DNA of 63,556 nt, filler included, from Collodictyon triciliatum (lineage: Eukaryota), in the NCBI GenBank assembly GCA_043381765.1. It is 6 parts of 6 records of this genome, joined end to end, with 100 filler letters (N's around TTAATTAATTAA, not from the genome) between each part and the next. Parts side by side here need not be neighbours in the genome. Positions count along the whole stretch, not along the records: positions 14,108 to 28,111 come from JBHJMP010001887.1; positions 28,212 to 42,190 come from JBHJMP010001888.1; 4 more parts are not named here. The stretch is one strand, 5' to 3'. Positions 14,108 through 29,323 of the stretch are shown piece by piece. Position numbers and translations under genes: made by a program. How positions within the stretch are numbered: the stretch's first letter is position 1; every line of letters begins with the position of its first letter. Under the pieces are notes generated by a model, which did not search any database, was not told the DNA's origin, and worked only from the letters and a program-made list of their open reading frames with translations.

Positions 14108-14930
14108 AAAGTAAAAAAGTAAAAAAGTAAAAAAGTAAAAAAGTAAAAAAGTAAAAAAGTAAAAAAGTAAAAAAGTAAAAAAGTAAAAAAGTAAAAAAAT
14201 AAAAAAGAAAAGAAAAAGGAAAAGGAAAAAGAAAAAAAAGTAAAAAAAGTAAAAAAAGAAAAAAGAAAAAAGAAAAAAGAAAAAAGAAAAAGAAAAGAAA
14301 AAAGAAAAAGGAGAAAAAAAGGAGAGGATCAACCTGCTCCAAGGCCTGAAAGACGACAGGAAGGTCGCTCGTATTGAAGGGATCGCCCATAACAACACCT
14401 CAAAGAAAACTTCGATTTTGATCTGCTTGAAGCAAATAAACATGTAAAGGAATTAGGAGCGCGAGGAAAGGAAGACTTTCTTGTAATTGTGACCCTTTTT
14501 TTATTTATTTATTTTTGCATCGTCCAAGAGAATCGTAGGATACGAGTAATACTTTTGTGGTTGTGTTGCTCTTTGATTACATTTTCTTTCGTTATTGGTA
14601 AAACATGTTCGATTTGATGCTTGGCCGATTCATTCCAAACTAGGTTGTGCCTTTTGAAAACGAAAACGAAAAAGAAAAAAGAAAAAAGAAAAAAGAATTC
14701 ACTCCAAGTGACTGAAACCTATCAATTAACAATCGTACACCAGGGGAAAAAAGCAACAAATCGCTGCTGTGAAGCAAGAAGTTTTAGTGCTCCAGCATTA
14801 ACCTTGCAAACCCTATTTACTTACTCAGTTTAACAGCTTATTGTCTAGAATAACACATCTCTAATGTAGGGGTATTCTTGACCTGAAGCAGAAAATATAT
14901 ATCCTGTTTGTGAGAGAGCGAGTAGGAAAG

Positions 14931-16739
14931 ATGAAAGAGAGGACAGTGATGCTTTGGCTTATAGCGATCGCCTTCACTTCAGCAGTCAGTTTTGCTCTTC
15001 TATGGAATCTGACAGCGACTTACGATGGTTTTCGTGAAGCAGACACCTCTGAAAAAGATGCAGACAAGCTGACTCTTTGCGACTCTGAGAAAGAGATTAC
15101 CTCAGGACAGAATGAAAGTCATACATCCCACGAAGAAACGACATCTCTAAAGGTTACAATTGATTTTTATTTTTATTTTTGGTGCATGAAGAGCTCCAAT
15201 TATCATGTGGAATATCGCATAATTTTTTATTTTCACGATATTTATGGACATATATGAACAATGGCCATGTACATGTTCTGAATGATTATCAGGATAGCTA
15301 TTCTTTTTTTAAAAAAAATAAATAAATGAAAATCTTCTCTGATTCATATATATTTCATAACCAAGGATGACACATTGATAAGAACGATTGAGAAGTATGT
15401 CGCGTTTCATCGCCAGTCTCTTAAACAGGAGGACATATCACAATTGAAGTTTGTTGTTTATGTCGAAAACTTAGGGGGTCTTGGAAATCACTTTTTGCCA
15501 ATGACATCAGTCCTTGCTTATGCAATACTTACAAATCGGATATACCTTCAATACCGGGTTGGTTATCAACTCATTCTAATAATGCTCCAAACATGCTTCT
15601 TTCAACAAGGGGATGATATTGTGATTACACTTAGATTCAGATGTATATATTTTCCTTATTTTTAAATACCCAAATGTTGGACAGGTGAGTGTGTCAGGTG
15701 CCCTTATTTCTTCGATGTTCGACACAGAATTCGATACGGTTGAACTTGATGATATCGCCACTAGACTTGGGTTTCACTCTTTTTCTTTTCCTGTGTGAAT
15801 TAAGCTACTGTTAAAGTCATGCCATAGCATCTCTATAATTCTTGATAAAGGAAAAATATAGCTATATTGCATGAAAGTTGTAAAAAAAAAAACACTGACA
15901 AAATTTATATTACTTTTGAACATTATAATAGGACAAATGCATCGGCCATAATGAACGACATAGCCCGGTGCTATAATATCACCATACGGCATGTTTTCAT
16001 TCGAGAGCATTGGGAGCATATTCACTGCAACTTGTACGCAGAGGACAACCACCAGTTTATTAGAATTTTTGCTAATCAGTATTTCATGCCTGTCCTCGTC
16101 CATAACCATCAATACATGGAAAAAGTCAAGAACCTATTTGGGGAAAAGTTTTACGATGGCCAGGTTGATCTGTACGGACCTCTTTCCAGAGTACTATTTC
16201 GGCCGCAGCCACATTTGCAGGCAATGATTGACCAATTCAAACTCAAGCACTTTACTGATTATGTGATAGGTGTCCAACTTCGCGAAGAGTTTATTGATTT
16301 TCCTGGATGGCCTGAGCGCTGGCTCAATTGTATCTACAAAGCCATCGAAATGGAAAAGGATACAAATAATCCACCAAAACACACTCAGATATTTATGGCG
16401 AGTGATCTTGATAGACAAAGGATTGCAAACCTATGGAAATCTGAAGACATTGTGACGATAGACAAAATCCCGGGTCGATCCAGCAAGTCGCAGATTTACG
16501 CCGCACTTGATGTGTTTATCCTGTCACAGGCAAACGTGTTACTGATAACCGAGCACTCAACTTTTGGAAGCAGTGCAGCGGGGATTTCATCAAAATCTCC
16601 TTATGTCATGACACGGAAAGGAGAATGTCGCAGATATGTAGATTCCCAGCCTCATTGTCATTTCTGCGAATATGTCCACCGCCTTTCATGTTTTGACCCT
16701 CGCATCTGGTACACCCCTGCAAACTTAATCGAGCCGTGA
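14931..16739 (+). CDS. Type II membrane fucosyltransferase, GT37 (xyloglucan FUT)/GT23/GT11-like (4 exons)
   Basis: N-terminal signal-anchor (VMLWLIAIAFTSAVSFALLW). Motifs GGLGNH..TSVLAYAILTNR, VIGVQLR, IFMASD, AALDVFILSQ...HSTFGSSAAG, C-terminal CRRYVDSQPHCH. Confidence 0.8.
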
Positions 16740-16930
16740 TACGTTCTGCCTTATTTCCATTCTTTTTGTGTAAAGACTTTTTCTTTTTTTTTGATTCTGG
16801 ACGTATCGTGTTTAACCTTCCCTCCATTTCTTTTTTCTTTATGTTCTTTTTCCATACAAATCCCTTGGTTTGCCTTCTCACCTCCCAACAACGCACCAAA
16901 ATCAAAAACTAAGGGAGTTTTATAAGTCAA

Positions 16931-17407
16931 CTAGCTGTGGTACCCGTGCTTCGCAGCAGAAAAGAAAAATACAAGAAAAAAAAAGAAAAAAAAAAAAAAA
17001 GAAAAAAAGAAAAGAAAAGAAAAGAAAAGAGAAAACAGAAAAAGAAAGAATAAGAAAACATAGAAACAGATAAATGAAACAGAACAATTAATAATGAGCA
17101 CTATTTTCATAATTCTCCTGCTGTCTGTGAGTCGATGGTTCGGGCTTGGAGTCTTTCAGTCCTTTCTTTAGGTGTTTCTTGTTCTCTTCCACTACTTGCA
17201 CGAATCGCTTGAGCCCGAAGCCTTTCATCTCTTTGCTGGAGTGGTCTCCCTATGCCATCTTTGTCTATCGTGAACCCGTCTCCTTGCTAGTCTGCCTTCC
17301 TTTTCTTCAAGCGACTCATTTTGCCTCTTGACTTTTGTTAGTTTTTTTTTCTTTCCTCGCTATTTTTTCGCCTTATTTTGCTCTTAACAGACGACAGCCT
17401 TTCTGTT
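16931..17407 (-). mobile_element. Non-autonomous Helitron-like copy 1 (STPR-repeat fragment + 3' CTAG terminus)
   Basis: Core 17072-17338 is nearly identical to 22165-22431. On the - strand it ends GCGAAGCACGG-N9-CTAG|T at 16931. It encodes frameshifted 23-aa E(S/T)xxxRxxRL repeats. Confidence 0.7.
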
Positions 17408-17541
17408 TTTTTTCCTTTATTCGATTCAAAGTGTAGCGAGGTTATGCCATACAAGGGGCGGGATGGGAGCGCATGGGAGAGAGCAAACGTGAGTAGGGGA
17501 AGACACTATTGTGGAGAGGGTAGTACGTGTTAACTTGTTCG

Positions 17542-19080
17542 TCAATACGAAACAAGAAGATTGCCATAGTTGGGCGATGGCCGGACCTTGATGCCATTCG
17601 CGTGGTAGACGGATTCCGAAGCATACAACCTGTGCGGTGGGATTGGGAACGGGTGTTGCTGGAGGTAGCTCTTCATTTGGTTGCCAGCCTTGCGGATGTT
17701 CAAAAGGTAGTGGTGCTGATTCTTGATCAGCTTGGCGCGCTCGCCGATCATGAGACTATCGATGAGGGCGATGTAATTCGCGTAGAGCTCCGCTTTGGAG
17801 ATGCGGAGAAAGATGCGATAGTCGACCATGGGGAGTTCAAACGACGTTGGGGAAACATCAAACCCAAAGACCGTGCCCATCGTGAGGGTGATGCACACCA
17901 GATTCACAATGACTTGAATCACGTAATCGTAGAAGCGTGGTGGCGGCAGCTTCTTCAGACTCTGCTCGTGTGTGTTCAAGGAAAGAACATTGTTGTATCG
18001 AGCTTGCTTGAAGTTGCTCAGAATGTACTTGTTTGTTCGAGCGAGCTGCGCGTTGATGATGCTAACAGGGCATTGTGTATATCCATGATGAATGCCGTGG
18101 TTACTCAGCCCCTGGTTCGTCAGGAGATTGATCATCGCTATTGTCATGCCGAACAGTCCCGTGGTTTGGTAGGTTGACTCGAAAAACCCACAGCTGTTGA
18201 AGCTGTTTCGCCGATCCACGGCAGAATGGCTAAACATACCAGTAAACAGTCTCGCAGCAGTGCTCCAGGTCATGGGGAGGATATGGTAGCAGAACAAAAA
18301 GTTTGATCCACGGGACCATTCGAAGCATCCAAGCGCAAGATAAAGGCAGAGTCCAATCGCCTCGACCGTGAGCTGCTTTCGGTTCAGACGAAACTGCTTA
18401 CACTTTTTCTCGGAGAACAGCTGGAAAAAGGCAATCGGACGCAGGTACCAAATCCACGGCAGATCGAGGAAAGGAAGCCATTGATCGCCGAACAGGCGCG
18501 CCATGTTCGCGACATCGGTCATGTGCTCGTCCACGTGGCGTCGGTGGAAGGCTTCCTTGGAGATTCCGGTGATAAACATCATCGTCCAGTCAATGAAGGT
18601 ATCGAGGCTACGCGAATCGGTCATAGCGGCGGGATAGTGCATCCGTGTATGGACGATTTGCCCATTGCGGTAGACGAAGACGCACAAAATAAAGAAGGGA
18701 ATGCGCCAAAGAGGCCGGTACTCGTTGAAGTGAAAGTGGAGGACTAGATAAGCGATGACCAGCATTAGGATACTAAAGTACTGGGTGATGGCCTCGTTGC
18801 GGTTGATCCTCAGAAAGTCGGCACGGGTGTAGCGACTGTTGATGTCTTGGCGCAGCCAGCGCGAAAACGCAATGAAATCCGCCTCGAAAAGATCATCGAT
18901 TGACGAGCCGTGCTTGATCGAAAAGTCCTTGTAATCTTCGTCTAGCTTCAACTCGGCGAGCTCGTCGGCCGGTTCTTGAGCCTTTTCTATTGACTTATGC
19001 GGCATTACGTGCGGGGGTTGCTGTTGCTGTTGCTGCTGCTGTGGAGGAAAGGAAAAGAAATGATCAGTCTGACGAAGCAA
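17542..19080 (-). CDS. Membrane fatty-acid-desaturase-superfamily (His-box di-iron) protein; likely Met at 19005
   Basis: Uninterrupted 512-codon ORF with several TM stretches and His boxes HTRMH, HRRHVDEH, HGIHH. Visibly GC-richer than its flanks. Confidence 0.75.
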   Translation of the reverse strand: MLRQTDHFFSFPPQQQQQQQQPPHVMPHKSIEKAQEPADELAELKLDEDYKDFSIKHGSSIDDLFEADFIAFSRWLRQDINSRYTRADFLRINRNEAITQYFSILMLVIAYLVLHFHFNEYRPLWRIPFFILCVFVYRNGQIVHTRMHYPAAMTDSRSLDTFIDWTMMFITGISKEAFHRRHVDEHMTDVANMARLFGDQWLPFLDLPWIWYLRPIAFFQLFSEKKCKQFRLNRKQLTVEAIGLCLYLALGCFEWSRGSNFLFCYHILPMTWSTAARLFTGMFSHSAVDRRNSFNSCGFFESTYQTTGLFGMTIAMINLLTNQGLSNHGIHHGYTQCPVSIINAQLARTNKYILSNFKQARYNNVLSLNTHEQSLKKLPPPRFYDYVIQVIVNLVCITLTMGTVFGFDVSPTSFELPMVDYRIFLRISKAELYANYIALIDSLMIGERAKLIKNQHHYLLNIRKAGNQMKSYLQQHPFPIPPHRLYASESVYHANGIKVRPSPNYGNLLVSY

Positions 19081-19533
19081 TATGTTGCCAATACCAGCTG
19101 CAAGCCGAAGGTAAGCAGTGGTACGAGGGTTCGAAACTCTGGTTTAAGACCCTTCCAACAAACACGGAGTGTTTCCGACGTGTCTCGAGGGCGAATGTGC
19201 CGTTATAGACACACGCGGATGGGGTGGTGAGTGTTGGAAATTCATCAGTTGGCAGAATACGAAAGGTACAATTGAAAAGGTTGACAAGGACACTCAGGTT
19301 GGTTAGGCCGCGGGAACTTCAAGATGATGCCTAAGGAACGCCTGGCTAAGCGAGTTGACAACACGTCCTGCTCGGGAAGTTGTCAAGTTTGATTTGACAT
19401 TTCTTTGACCCTTTGTGCCCGCACACTCGCTACACACCACTAAAATTTCCTCGACTATATACCATCTGCCCGTCTGTTTTTGCTCTTCCAGAAGAGGGAA
19501 TTTGTGGCCGCTCTTGCACTTTAATTACGAATT

Positions 19534-19590
19534 TAAATGACGTCATTTACATGAGATAACTGCGTCATTATCAGCGAAATGTGACGTAAT
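19534..19590. promoter_or_regulatory. Cluster of CRE/ATF-like motifs upstream of the desaturase-like gene
   Basis: Perfect 16-bp palindrome TAAATGACGTCATTTA (19534-19549), CGTCA half-site (19563-19567), TGACGTAA (19582-19589). Confidence 0.35.
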
Positions 19591-20296
19591 TTAGCCTTAC
19601 CAAATAAATCAATATGGTACATAAAATTTAAAAAAACATAACACTAGTTACAATAATTCGGATCAATATTTAGTACTAGCCGTGGTAACCCTGCTTCACA
19701 CCGAGGAAAGAAAAAGAAAACAAGAAAAAAGAAAAAAAAAGAAAAAATAAGAAAAAAAGAAAAAAAAGAAAGAAAAGAAAAAAGAAAGAAAAGAAAGAAA
19801 AAAAGAAAAAAAGAAAGAAAAAAGAAAGAAAAAAAAGAAAGAAAAAAGAGAAACAGAAAAAAGAAAAAAAAGAAAAAAGGAAAAAGAAAAAAGAAAAAAG
19901 AGAAACAGGACTAATGAAGCAGGACAATTAAAACGGAGCAATATATTCATGAAACCTCATGAATGTGAGAGTACCAAGCAGAAAGCCATGCCAATAAAGA
20001 CTCAAATTCTCACAAATGTACTAACCTGAAACAGCTGACGTTCATGTCTCCATCTAGACGGCCATCACTAACTTCTTTATAGTGAGACACCCCCACACAA
20101 CCCCTTAATCGCATCTCTCTGAATACTCACGCATGCCTTCCTCTAAGTGCCAACTGATGCCATTCTGTGTAAACCTGTCTTTGCTCTGCTACTATATAAA
20201 AATAATAAACGGAGAAATTCATGTCTACTTCGACTAATATGATTTATATGGTTTTTTTATCGTCTTTGCTGTCGCACTCTTGGTTGTCGTTGTCTC

Positions 20297-20390
<94 letters not shown>

Positions 20391-20391
20391 G
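20297..20391. repeat. (GTT)n microsatellite directly 3' of the helicase
   Basis: Direct reading. Confidence 0.95.
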
Positions 20392-20419
20392 CTCCATACT
20401 TCTCCTATCTCCTTGTACT

Positions 20420-21900
20420 AAAGCCCTCTGATAGACAATATTTTTTGTGGACCTATCCGGAGCCAAAATATGAAGATTTTCAGGGTTACCTACCCTAGAA
20501 CACGCGACGTACAGCTGTCCATGAGAGAAGCAAGGCTCTTGAAGATTTATCCCGACGACTTTCAATGACTGGCCCTGTGACTTGTTGGTGGACATGGGAA
20601 ACGCCAGTCTCACAGGGAGCTAGGTTCTTTAAAAATTTATGGGTAAAAATCTTGGGATACCAAAGGTATTCTTGGGATAAAGACAGTTTCCCCTTTTCGC
20701 AGCCCGTAAGAATGTCGGCCTCCAGTAAATTTGGACTCATAGAACTTATGACCAGTCTTGTTCCATTGCAAAGCCGTGGAGGTTCTAAATTACGTATCAA
20801 TATGATTGGAGACCCCATTTTCAATTTGTAATAGATGCGATGGAAAGCCTGCGAGTTCAAAGGTATTCAAAATCTCTGTTGGTAGAATCACAGAGTGCTG
20901 TTGACCCGCTGTAGAATCGTAAGATCTGTAAGTAACTAAATCCCCCCACTATCTTGCTCTGTATTAATTAATTTATACAAAATACCAACTGATTGCGAGG
21001 AGCCAGTATAATTCTCTCAGCTAGCCAACCCTTGTCTCGATATTTTTTTGGGAAGTATTTTTGTATACTTGAATCGATCAGTGAATCCATATCACCTACA
21101 AAATTACAAAAGTTGGCCGGGAATGTAATCATTCTATTTGGTCTCTCCTCTATCTTCCCTTCGCCTATTTTCACTAAGTTATTATTACTGAAAATTTCCA
21201 CCTGTAAAGATTGAGCCAGTTCAACTCATACGTTTTTTTTTTTTTTCAAACTCAGTTGTGTAACATTCCTCCAAAGTATTGAATGATTGAAGCAGGCTTC
21301 CAATTCATCTGCTTCCGTACCTCTTGGAACAACTGGAAGAGTCTGTCTAAAGTCTCCCGAGAATAGAACGGTAACGTCTCCCATCAAAACATTTTGTCCT
21401 CTTATGTCCATTAATTATATTATTGACAGCCTCAACTCAATAGCCCTTCGGTGGGACATGGTACATTCGTCCCAAATAATGATTTTACATTTTTGGAGTA
21501 AAAGTGCCTTGTCCGAGTTCTTGTAAATATTGCAAGTTGCTGAGCTATCTTTTTTGTAAAATCCAATGGAATCTTAAAGACGGAATGAGCTGTTCTGCCT
21601 CCTTTCAAGAGAGTAGCAGCGATGCCAGATGAGGCTACAGCAATAGCAATATTTCCACTTTGCCTTACTTTAGCTAGAATCATATTAATGAGAAAAGTTT
21701 TCCCGGTACCTCCAGGGGCATCCAAAAAGAATACTTTTCCATCTCCGTCTGTCACAGAATGCATAATTATTTATTTTTTTTTGGTAAGCATCAGATTGCT
21801 CAACATTTAGACGGGGCTCATTGACAGTAACATAATCCATCATTTCTTGTACATCATAGTTCCTTTCTCTGGTTATTACTTCCAAATGCAAGTCAATGTT
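20420..21900 (-). pseudogene. Helitron PIF1-family helicase pseudogene (multiple frameshifts and stops)
   Basis: Motifs [92 protein letters not shown] are split over several frames with no splice sites. Confidence 0.93.
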
Positions 21901-22077
21901 TTCCTGATATAGATTCTTAGCTGTTGAGCCCGTCTCAACAATCTTTCATTCAAGCATCAGGCAAGCAATTCCAAAGTATGTGGGGGTGTGTGGGAGATAG
22001 AAAAAAAAGGAAAACAGGGATAAAAATAAAGAGAGAAAAAAGGGAATTCCGCCAATCTTATTTACTCGTACTTTTTA

Positions 22078-22507
22078 CTAGCTGTAGCATCCAAGCTTCA
22101 CAGCAGAAAAGACAAAGTAAAAGACAAAGTAAAAGAAAGAATATCAAAAGAGCAGATTAAAGAAAAATGAAACAGAACAATTAATAATGAGCACTATTTT
22201 CATAATTCTCTTGCTGTCTGTGAGTCGATGGTTCGGGCTTGGAGTCTTTCAGTCCTTTCTTTAGGTGTTTCTTGTTCTCTTCCACTACTTGCACGAATCG
22301 CTTGAGCCCGAAGCCTTTCATCTCTTTGCTGGAGTGGTCTCCCTATGCCATCTTTGTCTATCGTGAACCCGTCTCTTTGCTAGTCTGCCTTCCTTTTCTT
22401 CAAGCGACTCATTTTGCCTCTTGACTTTTGTAAGAGTTCTTTTTCTTTCCCTCGCTGTTTTTTTTTTTCGCTTTATTTTGCTCTTAACTGACGGTCGCCT
22501 TTCTGTT
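22078..22507 (-). mobile_element. Non-autonomous Helitron-like copy 2
   Basis: Direct repeat of 16931-17407 (offset 5093 in the core). Terminus GTGAAGCTTGG-N9-CTAG|T at 22078. Confidence 0.7.
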
Positions 22508-23457
22508 ATTTTTGTACCCAAAATTTTGGAAATCAATATGGTCGTCGCTCATGTCAAGTGGACGCGATGAAATGACCTTTTCCTTATCTTCTTGCTCCAT
22601 CTAATCGAATTAAACAGTTTTTTTATATGTATCCTATTCAATATTCGATATGCAAACTTTTTAACACATCGTTCATTAGCATAAAAAGCCGCGCGTGGAA
22701 TACCTCAATCTTTTCAAATGACATAAGACTTCCACTCTTTTTTACGTAATTGTTTTAAACCACTTGATTGAGGGGAATGTTCGACTTTACTTGATTCTTC
22801 ATTTTACACATAATCTTAGGACCAAAGATGAAAGATGCTCATTTCTTGATGAATAGAGTAGACGAAACATACTATAGTAGAAAAATAGAACGTGATTGTC
22901 TTGAGAAGCTCCTCCTCCTTGCGGATAAGATTAGTACAGAAAGTGACCATCAATACAGCTCATTTATAAGTTGGTGTAGGAGACTTTTTTCCGCAAGGCG
23001 CATTTTTTATTTTATTTTTTGGTGAGAGACGACTTTTGTTCCCAGCGTGACACATTATTTTCCGGAGAAGGCTTTTCTCCCACAATACGATGAATATGAG
23101 TTTAAGTTTAACTGTTAAATCAGGTACATAAACAAACCAACAAACATACCTTATTTATCGCGTGGTGACTTTGTATGGAAGGCTTCATTTCCACACTAGG
23201 TATGGAGAAACTGGTATTTTCAATTCCCAACCAAACACAAGAAAAAAGTCTGGAGGAAAGAAAGTCAATCGTGCGCGTGAATCGCCTGCAGTTTTTCCGT
23301 ACTGCCCATGGATAAAAGAAGGGGCGATCGTCTCGTCAGTTCCGTTTCACTCATTCGTTTGCTTCACCATGGTTTACTGTTTAGAATACTGTTGGCTGGT
23401 GTGCAAAAATTGAAACTATAAAGAAGCACAGTCGATTGCGAGAAGGAAGAGGAAAAA

Positions 23458-27300
<3,843 letters not shown>

Positions 27301-27328
27301 CTCCGCTGGGAGTTCGTCACTATTACTA

Positions 27329-27434
<106 letters not shown>

Positions 27435-28235
27435 GAATTGAAAAAAAAAAACATCCCAACAAGTATTATCCGAAAGACGCAATGGTTTCAAAAAAAAAAA
27501 TCATCAAAAGAAAACGCATTCATTTCATTAATCTATTTTGCCTCTATCCAACAACAATAATCACACATGATGATAAAATGCCAAGTATTATATGTGTCGC
27601 AATGCCATCGGCCTGGACTCATCCAGACTTGTCCTCCAAGTCAAAAACAAATCTCACAACAATAGAAGAAATTAATAAAGAGACAAATATAAAACGAGGC
27701 AAATTAAATTATAATTGGATGGGTTCAAAAAAAAAAAACGGGAAGATTAGTGTTTTGTACGGAAGAGAAAATAAAAGAGAAAATAGTGATTTTTAGTGCA
27801 ATTTCACATATGAAACTGATAGAAACCAAACACGAACTACAAAGTCCGAAGTATTCGGTGGAGTTTATTATGTCGTGTGCTGTGATTGCCACTTTCTGGT
27901 GGGTGATTCGCGAAGTTTTTACTTTCTTTCAAGCATGCATTATTTTAATTTACGTTTCTGATTCTATCTTAGTTTCTATTCTGCATATTGCTTTTTTGTT
28001 CTTTGTTTCCTTTTTTTGTTTTTTGTTTTTTGTTTTTTGTTTTTTGTTTTTTGTTTTTTGTTTTTTGTTTTTTGTTTTTTGTTTTTTGTTTTTTGTTTTT
28101 TGTTTTTTGTTNNNNNNNNNNNNNNNNNNNNNNNNNNNNNNNNNNNNNNNNNNNNTTAATTAATTAANNNNNNNNNNNNNNNNNNNNNNNNNNNNNNNNN
28201 NNNNNNNNNNNAAAAATGAAAAAAAAAAAAACCCA

Positions 28236-28309
<74 letters not shown>

Positions 28310-28458
28310 GGTATTTGGACAAGAAAACATGATAGGAGGGAGAGTAATTGAAAAAAAAAGGGAATATTTATTGAAAAGAAAATCATGTCAGAGGAAGGAG
28401 GCCTGAGATAAGTGGCAGGCGAAACAACTGAACAGTTTCTCAAGGTATTTTTTCATAC

Positions 28459-28628
28459 CGAAGGTGCGTGTCGTCTCTTGAATAGTAGAGCTTCCCATCG
28501 CCTTTGTCACCGAGATCGAAGATTGTTGAAAGGTGAATCGGAGGTGCGATCGAGTGCTTGTAGTCATTCACAATAGAGTCGGCGTGGATGGCCATTGTTT
28601 CTACCTGCAGCTGGCCGTGTCTCTCCAT
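28459..28628 (-). CDS. First exon of a Cys/Met-metabolism PLP enzyme (cystathionine gamma-lyase/synthase-like), remainder beyond scaffold end
   Basis: ETMAIHAD...IAPPIHLSTIF...YYSR matches the family N-terminus (TxAIHAG..PPIxLSTTF..YxYSR). GTATGA donor follows. Confidence 0.7.
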
Positions 28629-29323
28629 TTTATGCGGGGTAATAAGACCCTAGGAATACGAGCAGTCCAGCTTTGTTTAGCGAACTTAAGCCTCGGCTCC
28701 CTTCTTGCAGCGAGGCAGGCGCTCCTCATACAACAAGGAATCGCGCTTACTTACAGCCATCACCCCTGTCTATCTTTCGGCCTCATTGCCAGAGATTGTC
28801 TAAAATAAAAAGTCTGCCAATAAAATGTTGTTTTCTTGCGCTGGAAATAGAAAGCGTGCGCTGCTTAGGGCAAAGGAGGCCCACCATAGAAAGGGCTGTA
28901 ATTCTCAATAAGCAGTGTGAATCCTTCATTATTTTATGGGGTGTTTTAATGTAACAATAATAATAACAATAATAATAACAATGATAATAACAATAATAAT
29001 AACAATAATAATAACAATAATAATAACAATAGTAATAACAATAATAATAACAACAACAACAATAATAATAATAATTTCCTTTATTCGATTTAAGGGATAA
29101 CAATAATAATAACAACAAAATGAATAAAGGGGAAAATAACAGTAATAATAACGAGCAATCAATATAATTGATATGTTTGTAGCCTTTTTGTGCGACACGC
29201 TTCAAAGGAAACGTGTTCAAGGTGGGGCTTGACCAGATTAGAGTTGTTAGTATATCAAGGTTTATTCCATAGCTTTGAATCGAATCAAGGGGAAAAAAAG
29301 GATTTATTCCATAGAATAATCGG

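Larger units (their letters stand above)
19676..21920 (-). mobile_element. Degenerate Helitron fragment: PIF1 helicase region plus 3' terminus
   Basis: Helicase pseudogene at 20420-21900. Downstream terminus GTGAAGCAGGG-N9-CTAG|T at 19676. No HUH/Rep domain or 5' TC end found. Confidence 0.8.

Noticed and set aside
14334-14390. MGDPFNTSDLPVVFQALEQ + GT donor as first exon of the PDE
   Set aside because: It lies across an artificial linker on another scaffold. It may be the first exon of an unrelated gene.
14764-14788. CTGCTGTGAAGC 12-mer matching the Helitron subterminal sequence
   Set aside because: It is not followed by GG-N9-CTAG, so it is too weak to call a terminus.
17146-17331. Identical 61-aa + strand ORFs at 17146 and 22239 as duplicated genes
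   Set aside because: They start at TTG and are antisense to the STPR-like Helitron remnant. Their identity just reflects the DNA repeat.
17527-18177. Long antisense ORFs over the desaturase, asparaginase (57269-58186) and bZIP genes
   Set aside because: Expected shadow ORFs in GC-rich coding DNA, with no motifs.
20257-20420. Helicase frame reading into a poly-Q tail
   Set aside because: A (CAA)n microsatellite next to a pseudogene, not a functional fusion.
22820-23100. Short ORF MKDAHFLMNRVDETYYSRK...
   Set aside because: No recognisable motif or coherent exon chain. It could be a decayed fragment but is unsupported.
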